Positions 49,201 through 62,624 of a stretch of 64,000 nucleotides of DNA are shown here, piece by piece. How positions within the stretch are numbered: position 1 is the first letter of the stretch; each line of letters starts with the position of its first letter. The notes under the pieces were generated by a model. It did not search any database, was not told the DNA's origin, and worked only from the letters and a program-made list of their open reading frames with translations. Both the position numbers and the translations under genes were made by a program. Source of the stretch: Anolis carolinensis (lineage: Eukaryota); the NCBI RefSeq assembly GCF_035594765.1, contig NC_085842.1, positions 226,249,747 through 226,313,746 on the forward strand, in the 5' to 3' direction.

Positions 49201-50269
49201 TGTTGAAAAGATGAAGTGCGAATTGGCTATATTTTCATAGAAATCTCTTTGGTTCTTCTGTTGGGATTATAGACAACAAAAACCAACATGAAAAAACAGC
49301 ACACACAAGAAAAGCTTCACTTTCAATAGGCCAGCATCAAGTGATATCCATGGTCTTTCCCATGTATTTCTGCCAGATGTTCAGAAAGTGATGTCATAAA
49401 AGAACTCTGTAGTGAGAGAATTATGATGGCTTCATGACATCACAAAAGAAATCCAGTTAGGATTGCGTTGTTTCAGTGCTGTGGTGGTTAGAGTATGGGG
49501 GTATGGGTGTGTTGTTTTGTGATATGTGATGTGCTGGGGAAAGTATTTAATTTGACAATAACGTTATTCTATTCTATCCATGTATAACTGCTACATTCCT
49601 CCTTGGACTCAATAACACCATCACTACCCACATCAAGGAAAATTTGTGTCATGCATTTCTGGTATAGAATCATTAAAGCATTGTATTGGATTCCAAAGTG
49701 TAGGGCAGGAATGTCATGTTTTGTCTCATCCCAACATTCTTGAACAGGTATGTAGAAGCAGTAATATAAAGCATGTGCCTTGTATGTAGAAGGTCACTGC
49801 CTTAGTTGAACTTCTTCCTTAGACTGAGAACCTTATTGCACAAAACTGTCATTCCACAGGAGCCACACTATCATAGATTTTTCTTCCTGGGTTATAAATG
49901 TCATTTCCTAATTGGTTTTATCATAAAAACATGGAAAAAGTTTATTAAACTTCCAAAATGTCATTGTTGCGGGACATACTGAAGTGCTATAGTTTTTCAA
50001 TGAATATCTTGTAGAGTCTCAACCAATTCAACATAGTTTGTGGCAGGCGCAAAAACGAAATTTATGGACAATAATAGCAACTTTCAAAGTAAGTGCCCTG
50101 AGTCTCCTTTTGGTGAAAAGGACAGGATACAAGTACTGTAATAAATAAATAAATATTAAACTAAAAATAACATTTTCAAAACAGGAACAGAAAATTTTTC
50201 AAATTTTGTTACATAGTGGAATGGATACATACTAGGATGAGCACCTTTGAAACAACACCTCTTTTCATA

Positions 50270-51018
50270 CATCAGTTGTCCTGCCCTTGTGCTTTGCTAC
50301 TCTGCTGCTGAATACGCATGCCCAGTATGGAATACATCTCACCCCTTTAAAACAGTGCATGTGGCTCTTAATTAGGCATGCCACATTATCACTGGATGTC
50401 TATATCCAACACCACTGGGGAAATTATACTGTTTAGCTGGTATTGCACCATCTGATACCCACCAGGAATTAACAGCTAGCAATGAAAGGACCAAGGCATT
50501 GACATCTCTGGCCGATCCCCTGTTTGGGTATCAACCAGCATGCCAACAACTTAAATCAAGAAACAGCTTCCTAAGATCTACAGAGATATTCGGAAGAACA
50601 TCTCAGCAAGTGAGAGTCCAAAAGTGGCAGGCAAAAACCCGGAACCTGATCATTGGCTGATACTGGATGAGAAACTCCCTCCTGGGCACACAGAAGGCTA
50701 AGTGACTTGAAAGGTGCTGAACAGGCTGTGCTCTGGCACCACGAGATGCAGAGCCAATCTTAAGAAAAGGGGCTTCAACGTGGGGACGAGGACATGCAAG
50801 TGTGGAGAAGAGCAAACCACAGACCACTTACTACAATTCAGTCTAAGCCCTGCCACATATACAATGGAGGATCTTCTTACAGCAACACCAGAGGTCTTTG
50901 AAGTGACCAGCGTCTGGTCAAACAAAATGTAGCTTAGTGCCAAGTTTTTAACTTTGTTTGTAGTTTTTTATACATTATAGCTGTATTCTCAATTCTGACA
51001 CGATAAATAAATAAATAA
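50270..51018 (+). mobile_element. Degenerate Vingi/Ingi-type non-LTR retrotransposon 3' fragment
   Basis: Remnants of CYSAAEYACPVW, IITGCL, LAGIAP, LNRL.SGTTRC and CKCGEEQTTDHLLQ; (TAAA)n tail. Confidence 0.75.
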
Positions 51019-51796
51019 GCTGTGCTGATTTGACAATCTGTGGTCCTGCAATCAAATGTCTGTCTTCATTGCTCCGTTATTTATTTTTATTTTAGAGCAA
51101 TTTTGGCAATGAAATGACAACAAAAAGGTGTGTGTGTGTGTCGCCCTTTGATGATACTTTCCTACTAGCATGCTGGCACAGAAGCAGAATGGACCCATTG
51201 TACCAACACAGACAACAGGAACATTGCAGGATTGTGAGCTATTGGAGGGTTTTGCTGGTCAATAGTAAGGGATTGGTTAATCCAGAGGACAACACAGACC
51301 GGCAGTGGGATGCACGCAGCATTGTATTTTAGAGATGCTGTTTCAAAGTTGTTTTGCCTGCATTAAGTGACAAATTGCCATTGTGTGTAGCCTCATGCAA
51401 TAGTTTTCCTTTTAAAAAGCTTTTTGGAGATTTTTTATTGATAACTCATTCAGAAAAATCTAACAAAAACAAACCTACAAACAAACAAAAAGGCAAGAAA
51501 ATAAACAAGTCAAAATGCAAAAAACAAAAACAGTATCAAAACATTTTCTTAATATAAAAACATATTATTATTGCATCCACTGAGACATGCGAGAAATCTC
51601 CCACAGGATGGTAAAACATCAAACATCTAGGCGTCCCCTGGACAATATCCTTGCAGACAGCCAATTCTCTCAGACCAGAAGTGAATTGTTGTTTCTCAAG
51701 TTGCTTCTGACACACACAAAAAAATACATCGACTAGAACACCCCACCTCTAAATATTAACTGCACACAAATTTACAGAACTTAGTCTAAGTGTATG

Positions 51797-52309
51797 TGTC
51801 ATGCCACGAGAAGGCAGAACATTACCTGCTGCCCTGCCTCTTTAAGATTCTAAAGGGGTGGAGCTTAGCCTTGGCTCCTGCTAGCCTGAAATGGCAGTTA
51901 TTTTTGTCAGTTAGATTTTGTCAGTTGGTAAGGCACTGGAAGGAAGTGTAGGAAGCAAAAAGGATCACAGAAATTCACGTCACGTTGGAACTGTATTCAA
52001 ATTAGATTAAAAGCCATAGACTACAGCAATAGAGAAAGCCATGTCAACATTGCATTGAAGTCATCTCAAAGATGCAAAGAATCCAGTCATAACAAGACTT
52101 TATACTCTGTGGCAATATCTATCCAGAACTGCATAGACTTAAAGATTTCTTTCCTCACAAGAGACTTCATAGTGGCAACAAGAGGAAAAGAGATCAATTT
52201 TGTCTATTAATAAAATATTTTGTTTCACCAAATACAGTCTCCAATCTGTCCTTCGTGCTATGGTTCCTTCCAGTTCATTAGTTCAGCATGGAGGCAGAAC
52301 AGTATGACA
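51797..52309 (+). mobile_element. Probable solo LTR
   Basis: TGTCAT...ATGACA termini and internal AATAAA near 52209; no clear TSD. Confidence 0.5.
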
Positions 52310-52738
52310 CACTCTGTCCGGTGGTTTTATCTTCTCAACTTTCCACGTTCATTAAAAGAAGAAAAAACATTAATTCATCCTTTCCATATTAGATGGGGAA
52401 TTCAGATCAAGGCATGGAAGTCTGCTAAGATGCTGCTTGTATGCAGAGCAAAACTGCAGCATCTTTGTGGGAAACTGGAATGTGATCAATTCATAAGCTG
52501 TTGTCGACCTCTAGTGGAAATAAGGAAATATTTCTACTGCTATTGGTCTGATGGTTAAATATATTGAAAAAACTTTGTCTTTTACTTCTTTAATTTTATG
52601 CTTATACATGCTCCTTCTGTATGCCAAACTCACTGATGTTCCACTCCCTGTTTTCAAACAAAACTTTTCTGTGGTGTAAACCATTGTGAAAATTTTACAT
52701 TTACATGGCCTGATAGCCACAACAGAGATAAGCTAATA

Positions 52739-53151
52739 CAGCAGAGTTCCAGTTAACCAACTTCCGGTTATCCGACCTACCGTATTATCCGACGTGCTTG
52801 CCGGAAGGACGAGACTCTTCCCTTCGGCAAGCACCTGGTTTAGGGAAGCCCATTGCATGTTGCTGCCTAGCAACACTGCTTGGGCTTCTTTAAACCAGGC
52901 GCTTGCCAAAGGGAAGAGCCTTTTCCCCTCCGCAAAAACCCGGCACTTTGGTGAAGCCCAGGCCATGTTGCTAGGCAGCAGCACGGCTCGGGCTTCTCTA
53001 AACCAGGCGTTTGCCGAAGGGAAGAGGCTCTTCCCCTCTGCAAGCACCCAGATTGCCGGAAGGGATAATAGGGCCCCTCCCTATTATTCTACAATTCTGG
53101 TTATCTGACATTTGGCCCTCTCATTTATCTCGGATAACTGGAACTCTACTG
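52739..53151. mobile_element. Tc1/mariner-type MITE with GC-rich internal subrepeats
   Basis: TIR CAG(C/T)AGAGTTCCAGTTA, TA flanks, repeated GAAGGGAAGAG.CTCTTCCC units. Confidence 0.75.
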
Positions 53152-54632
53152 TACTTTGATGTTCTTTTTTCCCCTCAAGAATTCCAAATGAATTGATGGG
53201 AAAGTCATTGCTTGTGGTATGTACAGACATGCAGCTATTGTCTGTGTTTACGGATTTCACAGATTTTCTCTGTTACTTAATAAAAATCTTAGCATGATAG
53301 TGACTACTACATATTTTTGTTATTCTGAATGGTCATTGTTCCAATCTAAAGCACGTTCTTGCTTAGCACAAAAGTACTGTATGTATATCTTGCGTGATTA
53401 GATAATTGCGCCACTCATTCATTCACAGAGTTATTAAATTTGTATTCTATTTTCTTCAAAGAAGGGGATTCAAAATGGTTTTTCTTCCCTGACTTCCCAA
53501 TTCGTTTTCCCTACCCCTATGAGCGGGGCCCCTGGTGGCACAGTGTGTTAAAGCGCTGAGCTGCTGAATTTACGGACCAAAAGGTCCCAGGTTCAAATCC
53601 CGGCAGCGAAATGAGCGCCCGCTGTTAGCCCCAGCTTCTGCCAACCTAGAAGTTCAAAAACATGCAAATGTGAGTAGATCAATAGGTAGGTAACGCTGCT
53701 TCATGCCGGCTGCATGACCTTGGAGGTGGCTATGGACAACGCCGGCTCTTCGGTTTAGAAATGGAGATGAGCACCAACCCCCGAGTCGGTCACGGCTGGA
53801 CTTAACGCCAGGGGAAACCTTTACCTTTACCTTTACCGCTATGATCCCATACATGGACCTTGTGAATGTAACATTTTCACAATGATTTACACCACAAGAA
53901 GGTTTTGTTTCAAAACAGGAGTGGAATATCAGTGAATTTGTTATGCAGAGTGAGCATATATGAGCATAAAAGTAAAGAAGTAAAAGACTTTTTTAAAATA
54001 TATGTAACTGTTAGACCATATTTTATTTCCACTAGAGGTCAGCAACAGCTTAGGAATTGATCTCTTGCATATACCAGCAGCCGCATATTAGCTGACCTCT
54101 ACATTTCCTGTCCTATCCAGCACTGTTGCTGATGTCAGGCAGCAAGGATTGGCAGCATGTCCAGAAAGCCTGGATGACAGTAGTAGGCATCCTGTTTATG
54201 AATTGCCATAGTGCATGACTGACTCACAATATCACAATTCATTTTTATGGTCATTGTACAGATAGGAAGTTTTTTTCTGACCATACAATAGCAAAAGGTC
54301 CCTCACCAAAAGGTCCCACACAAAAGATTCCCCCCCCCCCATACAAACAGTTCTGGATTGCCAGAGAGTGGGGCAGAACCAGAAGGGGAACAAATTCAGA
54401 TCTTTTCCCCAACTCCTGCTAATAGATTGACTGAATCCAGCCACTTCATCACATTTACTAAATTCCACTGAATGCTACACTTAAAATCTGGGAAGCCATT
54501 GTTCTCATCGCATTAGTTTGGCTTCAAGTGTAGGATAGAGCATTATTTGTGTATTTTAAGTGTGGGGGCCAGCATTCTTTTAAAATGTTTGAGGAAATGG
54601 TGGGGAAATGGATTTTTGGTAATTATATGGAT

Positions 54633-55323
54633 CAGCGGTCTTCAAACTTTTTCAGTGGAGGGCCGTTTCATGATCCCTCAGACTGTTGGGGGGCCGGACC
54701 ATGATGAAATAGTCCAAAATTAGGATTGTTGTTGTTGTGTGCCTTCAAGTCATTGTAGACTTAGATCAAGTCTAAAGTTTAGGACAGGGGCCAGGTAAAG
54801 GACCTTGGGGGGGCCGCATCCAGCCCATGGGCCTTAGTTTGGGGACCCCTGATCTAGACGATCTCATAAGACCATAGGTAAGCAAAGAGACCTCCAAGGA
54901 CCATCTAGACGGACTCATAAGACCATAGGTAAGAAAAGGGACCCTCAAAGGCCATCTAGATGATCTCATAAAGTCTTCAGAAGAGCATCAATAAGGAAAG
55001 GGACCCTCAAAGACCATCTAGATGGTTTCATAAGACCATAGGTAAGGAAAGGGATCCTCAAAGGCCATCTAGACAGTCTCATAGGACTATAGGTAAGGAA
55101 AGTGACCTCCAAAAGCCATCTAGATGGTCTCATAAGGCCGTAGCTAAGCAAAGAGACCTCCAAAGACCATCTAGACAATCTCATAACACCATATATAAGC
55201 AAAAAGACCTCCAAAGACCAGGTAGACTTAGGTCAACCCTAAGTCTAAAGTTTAGGACAGGGGCCAGGTAAATGACCTTGGAGGGCCGTATCCGGCTCCC
55301 GGGCCTTGGTTTGGGGACCCCTG
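54633..55323. mobile_element. hAT-type element with duplicated right end enclosing a 51-bp minisatellite
   Basis: TIR-like CAGCGGTCTTCAAACT / GTTTGGGGACCCCTG; ATATGGAT/ATCTGGAT flanks; right end present at both 54755-54851 and 55222-55323. Confidence 0.7.
54852..55220. repeat. 51-bp minisatellite, about 7 copies
   Basis: ATCTAGA recurs at 54852, 54903, 54954, 55016, 55067, 55118 and 55169. Confidence 0.85.
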
Positions 55324-55524
55324 ATCTGGATAAATGGACAATTCTCTAATGTGATGCCATTTGTTGCTCCCAGGTTTAAAATGAAAGGTTTCCCCAATTT
55401 GTGGGAAGGGAACTTGTAGGAGGAGCCAAAAGTACCCTTGTTAGGGAAAGCATTACCTTTTGTTCACCGAGTTTTTACTTTGTCAGAACAATTTCTTTTA
55501 AAAAATTGGCCTTTCCGGGTTGGG

Positions 55525-55613
55525 TCCTTCCCTTCCCTTCCCTTCCCTTCCCTTCCCTTCCTTCTGTGATATGTCTGTGCCTTGTGTTGCATGGGAAAGC
55601 CGGGAGAGAAGGG

Positions 55614-55691
<78 letters not shown>
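55525..55691. repeat. Microsatellite cluster (CCCTT)n, (GTT)n(ATT)n
   Basis: Seen directly. Other (ATT)n/(TAA)n tracts at 9039-9090, 13341-13375, 19384-19427, 28371-28411 and 61287-61337; (TA)n at 62578-62620. Confidence 0.95.
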
Positions 55692-55692
<1 letters not shown>

Positions 55693-58600
55693 GCCATGCT
55701 GTGCAGTCCTAGGAGTTATAGTTTCCCAAGATCCATACCCTTCTCTTGGTGCATTTACACTATGGAATGAATGCTGTTCAAAAATTCATTACCCAATGTA
55801 TAACCGGTGGGAGGGTACCAGTATTTAAAAATTAATTCAGAAGTATCAAGTGCAGTTTTCTTTTGAAAGATAAGTATGTGGGATAAACACTTATTCTCTC
55901 TTAATAATTATTGTTTGTGAACATTTTTAAAGACTATAAAGTTTCTACAAAAATATAAAGCTTTTAAAAAAGTAATTTTAGAGTAATTATTGATAAAGAT
56001 AAAACCATTTAGCAAAATATGAAAATACGTAACAAAATAGTTGAATTAGCATCTGTCTGTAGCAAACAGTTATTAATGTGGTAAAGTCATGTTTATTCAT
56101 TGTCCACATCCAATTTTATTTTTTAGTGAATATTCCTTTTATTCTTTGTTCTCAGTAAAGATGCTTTGAAGGATAAATGGGCTTCCATTTCAATTAAAAA
56201 CAAATAAAACTAATGAGATGGGTGAAAGATGGAAGTGTTTCAGAAAACCTTTGTGTTTTTCCATTAATTATGAAATTTATCTGCATAAATGAGTAAGTGG
56301 GGGATAACTGGGGCAACAAACACCAAAATAGATTTTACTCTTTTCTCTACTTCTTTCTTTGATGGTCACTGTGATTTTGGATTTGGGCATAGGAAAAGAG
56401 GTGGGTGTTGTGGACAATTTTGATAGTATCAGATTCCATACTATGAAATGCAGAGGTTTCATATTAGATCCTTTGGTCAAAATTGTACATGTTGCATATA
56501 GCTATGCACTGTTCAATTTCCTCCAAGTACTAGGCAGCTGGCAAGACATGGGAAACACTCCTTCCACTGCCATTAACCAGAAGAAAGGAGGGAGCTGAAC
56601 CCTCAACCTTCCTCCTGGCTGAATGGGCACTTCTGGTGATACCATGTGGGGAATTTGTGATAGTTAGGAGATCACATGAAGCTCTGCAGCTGGCTGAGAG
56701 CAGCAATGGCAGTGACACGGGTACACTACACCTCACATTTCCCTGATGAGCACACGGAAAAGGGGATGGTTATAGTGTCCCATCGGGACAACTGACTGAC
56801 TGTGCTGGCACAGCAGTGCCAGGAGATTTAAGCCTTTTCTTGCATTACTAGTTTGTAAAGTAGCTTCTCTCAGATTGCAATCATAGGGCTAACAACTTGG
56901 CAATCATTGTCAGGAGTCTTTAGACCCACCCCTTTTCCCAGGGTTTTGGAGGGAGAGAGGGGATTTTGCCCAGTCTCACTGTTGGAAGCCTAGTAGCAGG
57001 ACGTGTGGGATTCTCTTTCCCACCTGCACAAAAGCTTCACTTCTCACAGCTTTGCTGTGGGAATAAAAGAATAGTTCCACAGCACAGTTCCTACAACCTT
57101 CGTGGAGCAAATCAAAGTGACACCTTCCAGTTTGACAGTATCCACAGCAACCTTGCCTGGTAAGGGACCACTCGGGCCATCCATAATGCAGCTTGGAGCC
57201 GGGAGTAGGGGCCTCACGCCAGCAGGGTAGAGAAAGATTTCCCAGGGAAGGGTCAGAAGATTTCCCAAATGAAAAAAGGAACAGTTTACCAACAGTTGCC
57301 TGCCCCTGATAGCAGATTGAGGAAGCTACCGGTTTTCCAAAGTTATAAAGCATTTAATTCATTTGTTTGAAGATTTAAACCCAAATAAAGAACTTTGTTG
57401 AACTTATTTGGAGCCTCAATAGAACTTTGTGTTGGGAAATCTAAGGGACCCTTCAGCTGAGGCACCCCGGCATCCCGTTGGGCATACAGAAGGCACTTCC
57501 TGTGAACAGACATTATTACAGGCCCAGCGTGCGACAGCACACTGACCCAAATCAGACCAGCCATGGGGATAGTCATGTGTTTCAAGCACATGAGTTTCAG
57601 TTGTTCCTTGGTTCCGGTTGTTTATAAGTTATATTGTGCTTATTTTATTTTGTGTTTTACCGTGATTGTTGTTATTCGTTGGGTATTGAATGCTTGCCAA
57701 TTTTGTTATTTTTTGTAAACCACCCTGAGTCACTTCCGGGAAAGAAGGCGGGTTATAAATAAAGTTGTTGTTGTTGTTTGTTGTTGTTGTTGTTGTTGTT
57801 GTTATTGTTATTATTATTGTTAGGCATTCCCATTGGACAAACCACCAACTTTTCATAACGCATAGCTAAAACAAATCAATCTGGTTTAGCTTGCAATACT
57901 TACCAGAAGTGGAGAAACATTATGGGGACAGTCAGAAGCTAACTCAGGGTGAGTTTGGGTGATAATGCCCATGTAGATGAGCTCCTGTTGACTGCTCTAA
58001 TCAGCATTGTTTCTGGCATCAGTTAGATGGGGCTCATCTACATAGGTCACATACCCAAAAGGGACAAGAAGCTGCTATATGGTGTTTACATGGTGCATGT
58101 GGCCATCTCGCCCCCTACACTGGGTAAAGCGGCTTAGTGCAGTTTGTCCCATGTTAGACAAAATACTCCAGAGTTGCCCTTTCGGGTGTGCTTTAACACC
58201 CGTTTTGTTGTTCATGCATGTCAGTGCCATCATCCTGCTTTCCCTATGTTCTGCAACTTGGGAAGAAAGGGATAGCATTTATCTTGGTTGGTTTCTCCCC
58301 CCTCGCCTTAGCAACAGACATGGAGCTCCAGAGAGTTCCTGACTATTGCTCAGCAACTTTGCCAATGCCAGGCAAGTACCCACTTGACTTGAAGAGTATC
58401 ATGAATTCATAGAGTCGGAAGCAACCACAAGGGCCATCTAGTCTAATCCCTCACTTCCCCCCATCCTTGCTTTTCCAAGTTGAACAGGTACCTTTGCTGA
58501 TTTCGGCTAAGGTGTCAAGTGATGGCCAGGAGCTGGGTTTAGCTCAATTGGACGGCGAAGAGTCTCATGTCAGAGCAATGTAAACTAACAGGATCTGATT

Positions 58601-61285
58601 CAAAGCAACAGTGTTTCAAACCAGCCCTGAATTTTGTGATCTTGTGTAGATGGGGCCATGGTTATATTTGTGAAAGTCTGCTTACACAACTATGAACTGA
58701 ACATGTGCATTGCACAATTGCCAACATAATTTAGATAGGTATGACAGGATTCTAACTATTACTAAATAAATATTAACCTATTAGCATCCCACAAGAACAT
58801 GCCAGTGGTTACTAGTCCTCAGTTGCCTCAATCTTTCCAGTAACAATCAATTAAGGTGTAAAAATGGACAACATGGGATTCAGATTTTCCTGATTTTCCT
58901 CCAGTCCAATTGATGCTGTTTGTGTGTGTGTGTGTGTGTGTAAACTGCATGCAATAACATCCTACACATCTCTTCCTTAACAAAATTTTGCTGATGAGAT
59001 GGTTCCGCAGCAGAGCTACATATCCCCATTTGACCTTCAGAGTTGGGTACAAATACAAGGTTGTAAGGATCTAACACCCTTTACTGAAAACTGTTATCTT
59101 TAGTTCAAACAAGAAGGTCCTATTGCCCAAAGTGACCCTGCATAAAAATAGTAGAACTTTACTACATGAAGCGAAAACTAGAATATTACTGTGTTCTCTC
59201 AGATGGTGAGTTACATAATTCATGCATGAAAGTAGTTTCAACCAAAAATATGTTATATGAAACTGGTGACATGGATCATCACAAAATTGGAAAATAGTAC
59301 AGCTGCTTCCAAGTGATTCAAGGAGTTGAAGGTCTGAGGAAGCATTTCAACATAACCAAGTGGTAATACTGTGTACTAGGATAGGGGTAGGTAGACAACA
59401 GCCTTTTTTTATTGGGAATGTGTTATCTTTTTAAACTTTTGTATGTTTTTCATTAATTTTAAATGGCTTCTAAAGTAATTTTAATGTTCTTAAATTTTAT
59501 TGTAAATTTTTAAAATTTGCTATCTTTGGAAGCTTCTCTTGGGTCTCATTCTGGGAAAAAGGTGGCACATAAATAAAATAAAATAAATAAAATGTTCAGA
59601 TCCCTAGAAATCTGTTAGATTTCCTTTCCTATTTATGAAAACTAAATCTTAGGATTCTAGTTTTTAAAAGTTTTAAAAAAATGTTGTTGTTAGCATTTGT
59701 AGAGGAGATCTTTAATTCATCATATTATATTGTTATTTTTAAAATAAATACTAGGTATTCCAAAACACTACAGCTTCGGATCCACGCAGAACCTTGTGAA
59801 ATAGTACACAGAAGCTTCTGTTCCACATATATATCATTTGCAAAAACAAAATGTATGGGGAGACAAGCATATCTCGTAAAAACCTTTCATTTATATATTT
59901 AAATATATATGATTTACTGCTTCTTTCACATAGACTCAGAGGTGTTCGTTACATTTGTGCAACACACCTGCACACTGTAGCTGACACACGAATGTGTCAC
60001 AACAAATAGTTTGGAAAGCTTTGATCTAAGTTAACTCATCAGTGGATCCCAGATTACCAGTAAATGCTAATATACCTTATGCCCACCACTGCACTACTAG
60101 ACCACACTCTTCTTTCCATGTGGCTGTGGTCTTAAATTGGAAGTGAGTCCCCTTTTTTAGCCCAGTGACTAATTTTTACTTTGGGAAGACTCTCACTGAC
60201 ATTGATGGTGGATCCAAATACAGAATAGGTGAAACCTAAGCAAAGCAAAATGGAGCAAAATAAAGTTTCAACCAATATGACCATTTTTCAAGAAGACATG
60301 CAAAGCATTACTCAGGTGTATACACATGCACTCAACTCTAAACAGTAGTGAGAGAGATTTTAGGCATACTGTGAGCAGCTGAAGAATTTAGCATTTAATT
60401 CTATTAAAAAAAACTACAGGCTTGAATATTTCATTATTTTTTATCCGTGATTGGAAGTAAGAGATGGGAGCGAGAAGTAAGAATATGGTTTCTCCGAAAT
60501 GATGAACAAATTATCTTCAGCAGGGAGCAGGGAAATGCCAGTGTTTCTCTTCAGTCTGATCAGAGATATCAGCAGGGATTTTCCTTGCACAATACTGAAA
60601 ACAGAAGAAGATACTGCAACAGATACTTGGTGGCAATGTTCCTCTAGAGATGTGTCAATATGTCAGTTTCTCTTTCACTGAGCTTCTTAGAGCCCTATGT
60701 TCTTGTTCTGTCAATCTATAATTGTATATTTATATTATAATTGTATATTTATATTACATGCAATATTACTAATAATATTGCAATATAGTCGTATAATATA
60801 ATATATTGTATGTATATATACTTGTAAACCACCCTGAGTCCCCTTCGGGATGAGAAGGGTGGGATATAAATGTTGCTAATAAAAAATAAAAATAAAACGT
60901 TCCAAAATGAATTGTAATAAATATTTTTTAGCTTTCTGATATGGAAGTGTGTATGTATGTGTGTGCTTTTACACATAAAGGGTAATTAAAAAGTCAACCA
61001 ACACCACTTCACTTGTGTCAAGAGCGACTTGAGAAATTGCAAGTTGCTTCTGGTGTGAGAGAATTGACCATCTGCAAGAACATTGCCCAGGGGATACTGG
61101 GATGTTTGATGTTTTTACCATCCTTGTGGGAGGCATCTCTCATGTCCCCACATGGAGCCGGAGCTGATAGGGGGAGCTCATCCGCACTCTTGCCGGATTG
61201 GATTCAAACCGGCAACCTTCAGGTCAGCAACCCAACCTTCAAGTCAGCAGTTTAACCCATTGCGCCACTGGGGACTCCAATAGTA

Positions 61286-61338
<53 letters not shown>

Positions 61339-62574
61339 TTTATTCTTGTATCCCACCACCATCTCCCTGAAGGAACTCGGGATGGCTTATGCAAGGCACA
61401 AGACAACTAAAAGCAAGACATGAAATAAAATACAATATAAAATACAATTCAATAAAACACATAAGCATGTAATAACAGCACCACACTCAGCATAAAAGAG
61501 TGCTCGGAAGGATGAAGTTAATCACTAAAGGTATCTATTTAGTGAAGCATTTAATACACAAAATGCAAAAATACAAAATGTACAAAAATTCATCTCTTTT
61601 CTTCAGTTGCTGAACATAAAACTGAACCTCACCCAAAATGACAGTTTAGATCTCTATTTTCAGCATCCTTCAGTGGATGATGGTACAGTAGAGTATCGCT
61701 TATCCAACATAAATGGGCCAGCAAAATGTTGGATAAGTGAAAACATTGGATAATAAGGAGGGATTAAGGAAAAGCCTATTAAACATCAAATTATGTTATG
61801 ATTTTACTAATTAAGCACCAAAACAACATGTTTTACAACAAATCAACAGAAAAGGCAGTTCAATACACAGTAACGTTATGTAGTAATTACTGTATTTATG
61901 AATTTATCACCAAAACATCACAATGTATTGAAAACATTGACTACAAAAACATTGACTACTGAGAGGCAGATTGCGTTGGATAATCCAGAATGCTGGCTAA
62001 GTGAAGGTTGGATAAGCGAGACTCTACTGTATATGCAGTTTCATGTTTCCACACTACACCCAGGAGCATATCCTCTTCAGAGTTGGGAGCCATACCTTTG
62101 CAATTTTTAGTTTTTGGCATGGCTTTGATGAGAATGTTCTCTCAAGGAATCTTTAGGTCCTTCAGTGTGTTGTGTTTTATTATTAACTTCCAGCATAAAT
62201 TGATATAGAATCATAGAATCATAGAATTATTGAGTTGGAAGATACCACAAGTGTCATCCAGTTCAACTTCCTGCCATGCACAAACACCAGGGGACCTCAT
62301 CATGCGGGGGAACCTAGACATATATTGAGATGTCTACACTATAATACCAACAGACAAGGAACACGACATTAAAACTAGCAATTGTTTTTTCACTTTCTCA
62401 GGGGGCCTGTGCCCCTCACCCCAGTGAATGTGGGAGGCTGACTGTACATATATACAAACATCCAGCAAAGAAGAGGCACTCTTCACCTGTGTTCTCAAGT
62501 ATCCGTAAGTATGCTAGCAGAGATTTAAATTTTCCAACAGTCAGACAGTATCCTGGCCAATATTTCCCAATGTG

Positions 62575-62624
<50 letters not shown>

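Noticed and set aside
54852-55220. Regularly spaced repeats that superficially resemble a CRISPR array
   Set aside because: Whole units are repeated with no unique spacers; eukaryotic minisatellite; no cas genes.
55401-55828. Poly-Leu/Val/Ile/Cys/Tyr ORFs
   Set aside because: Translations of microsatellites.
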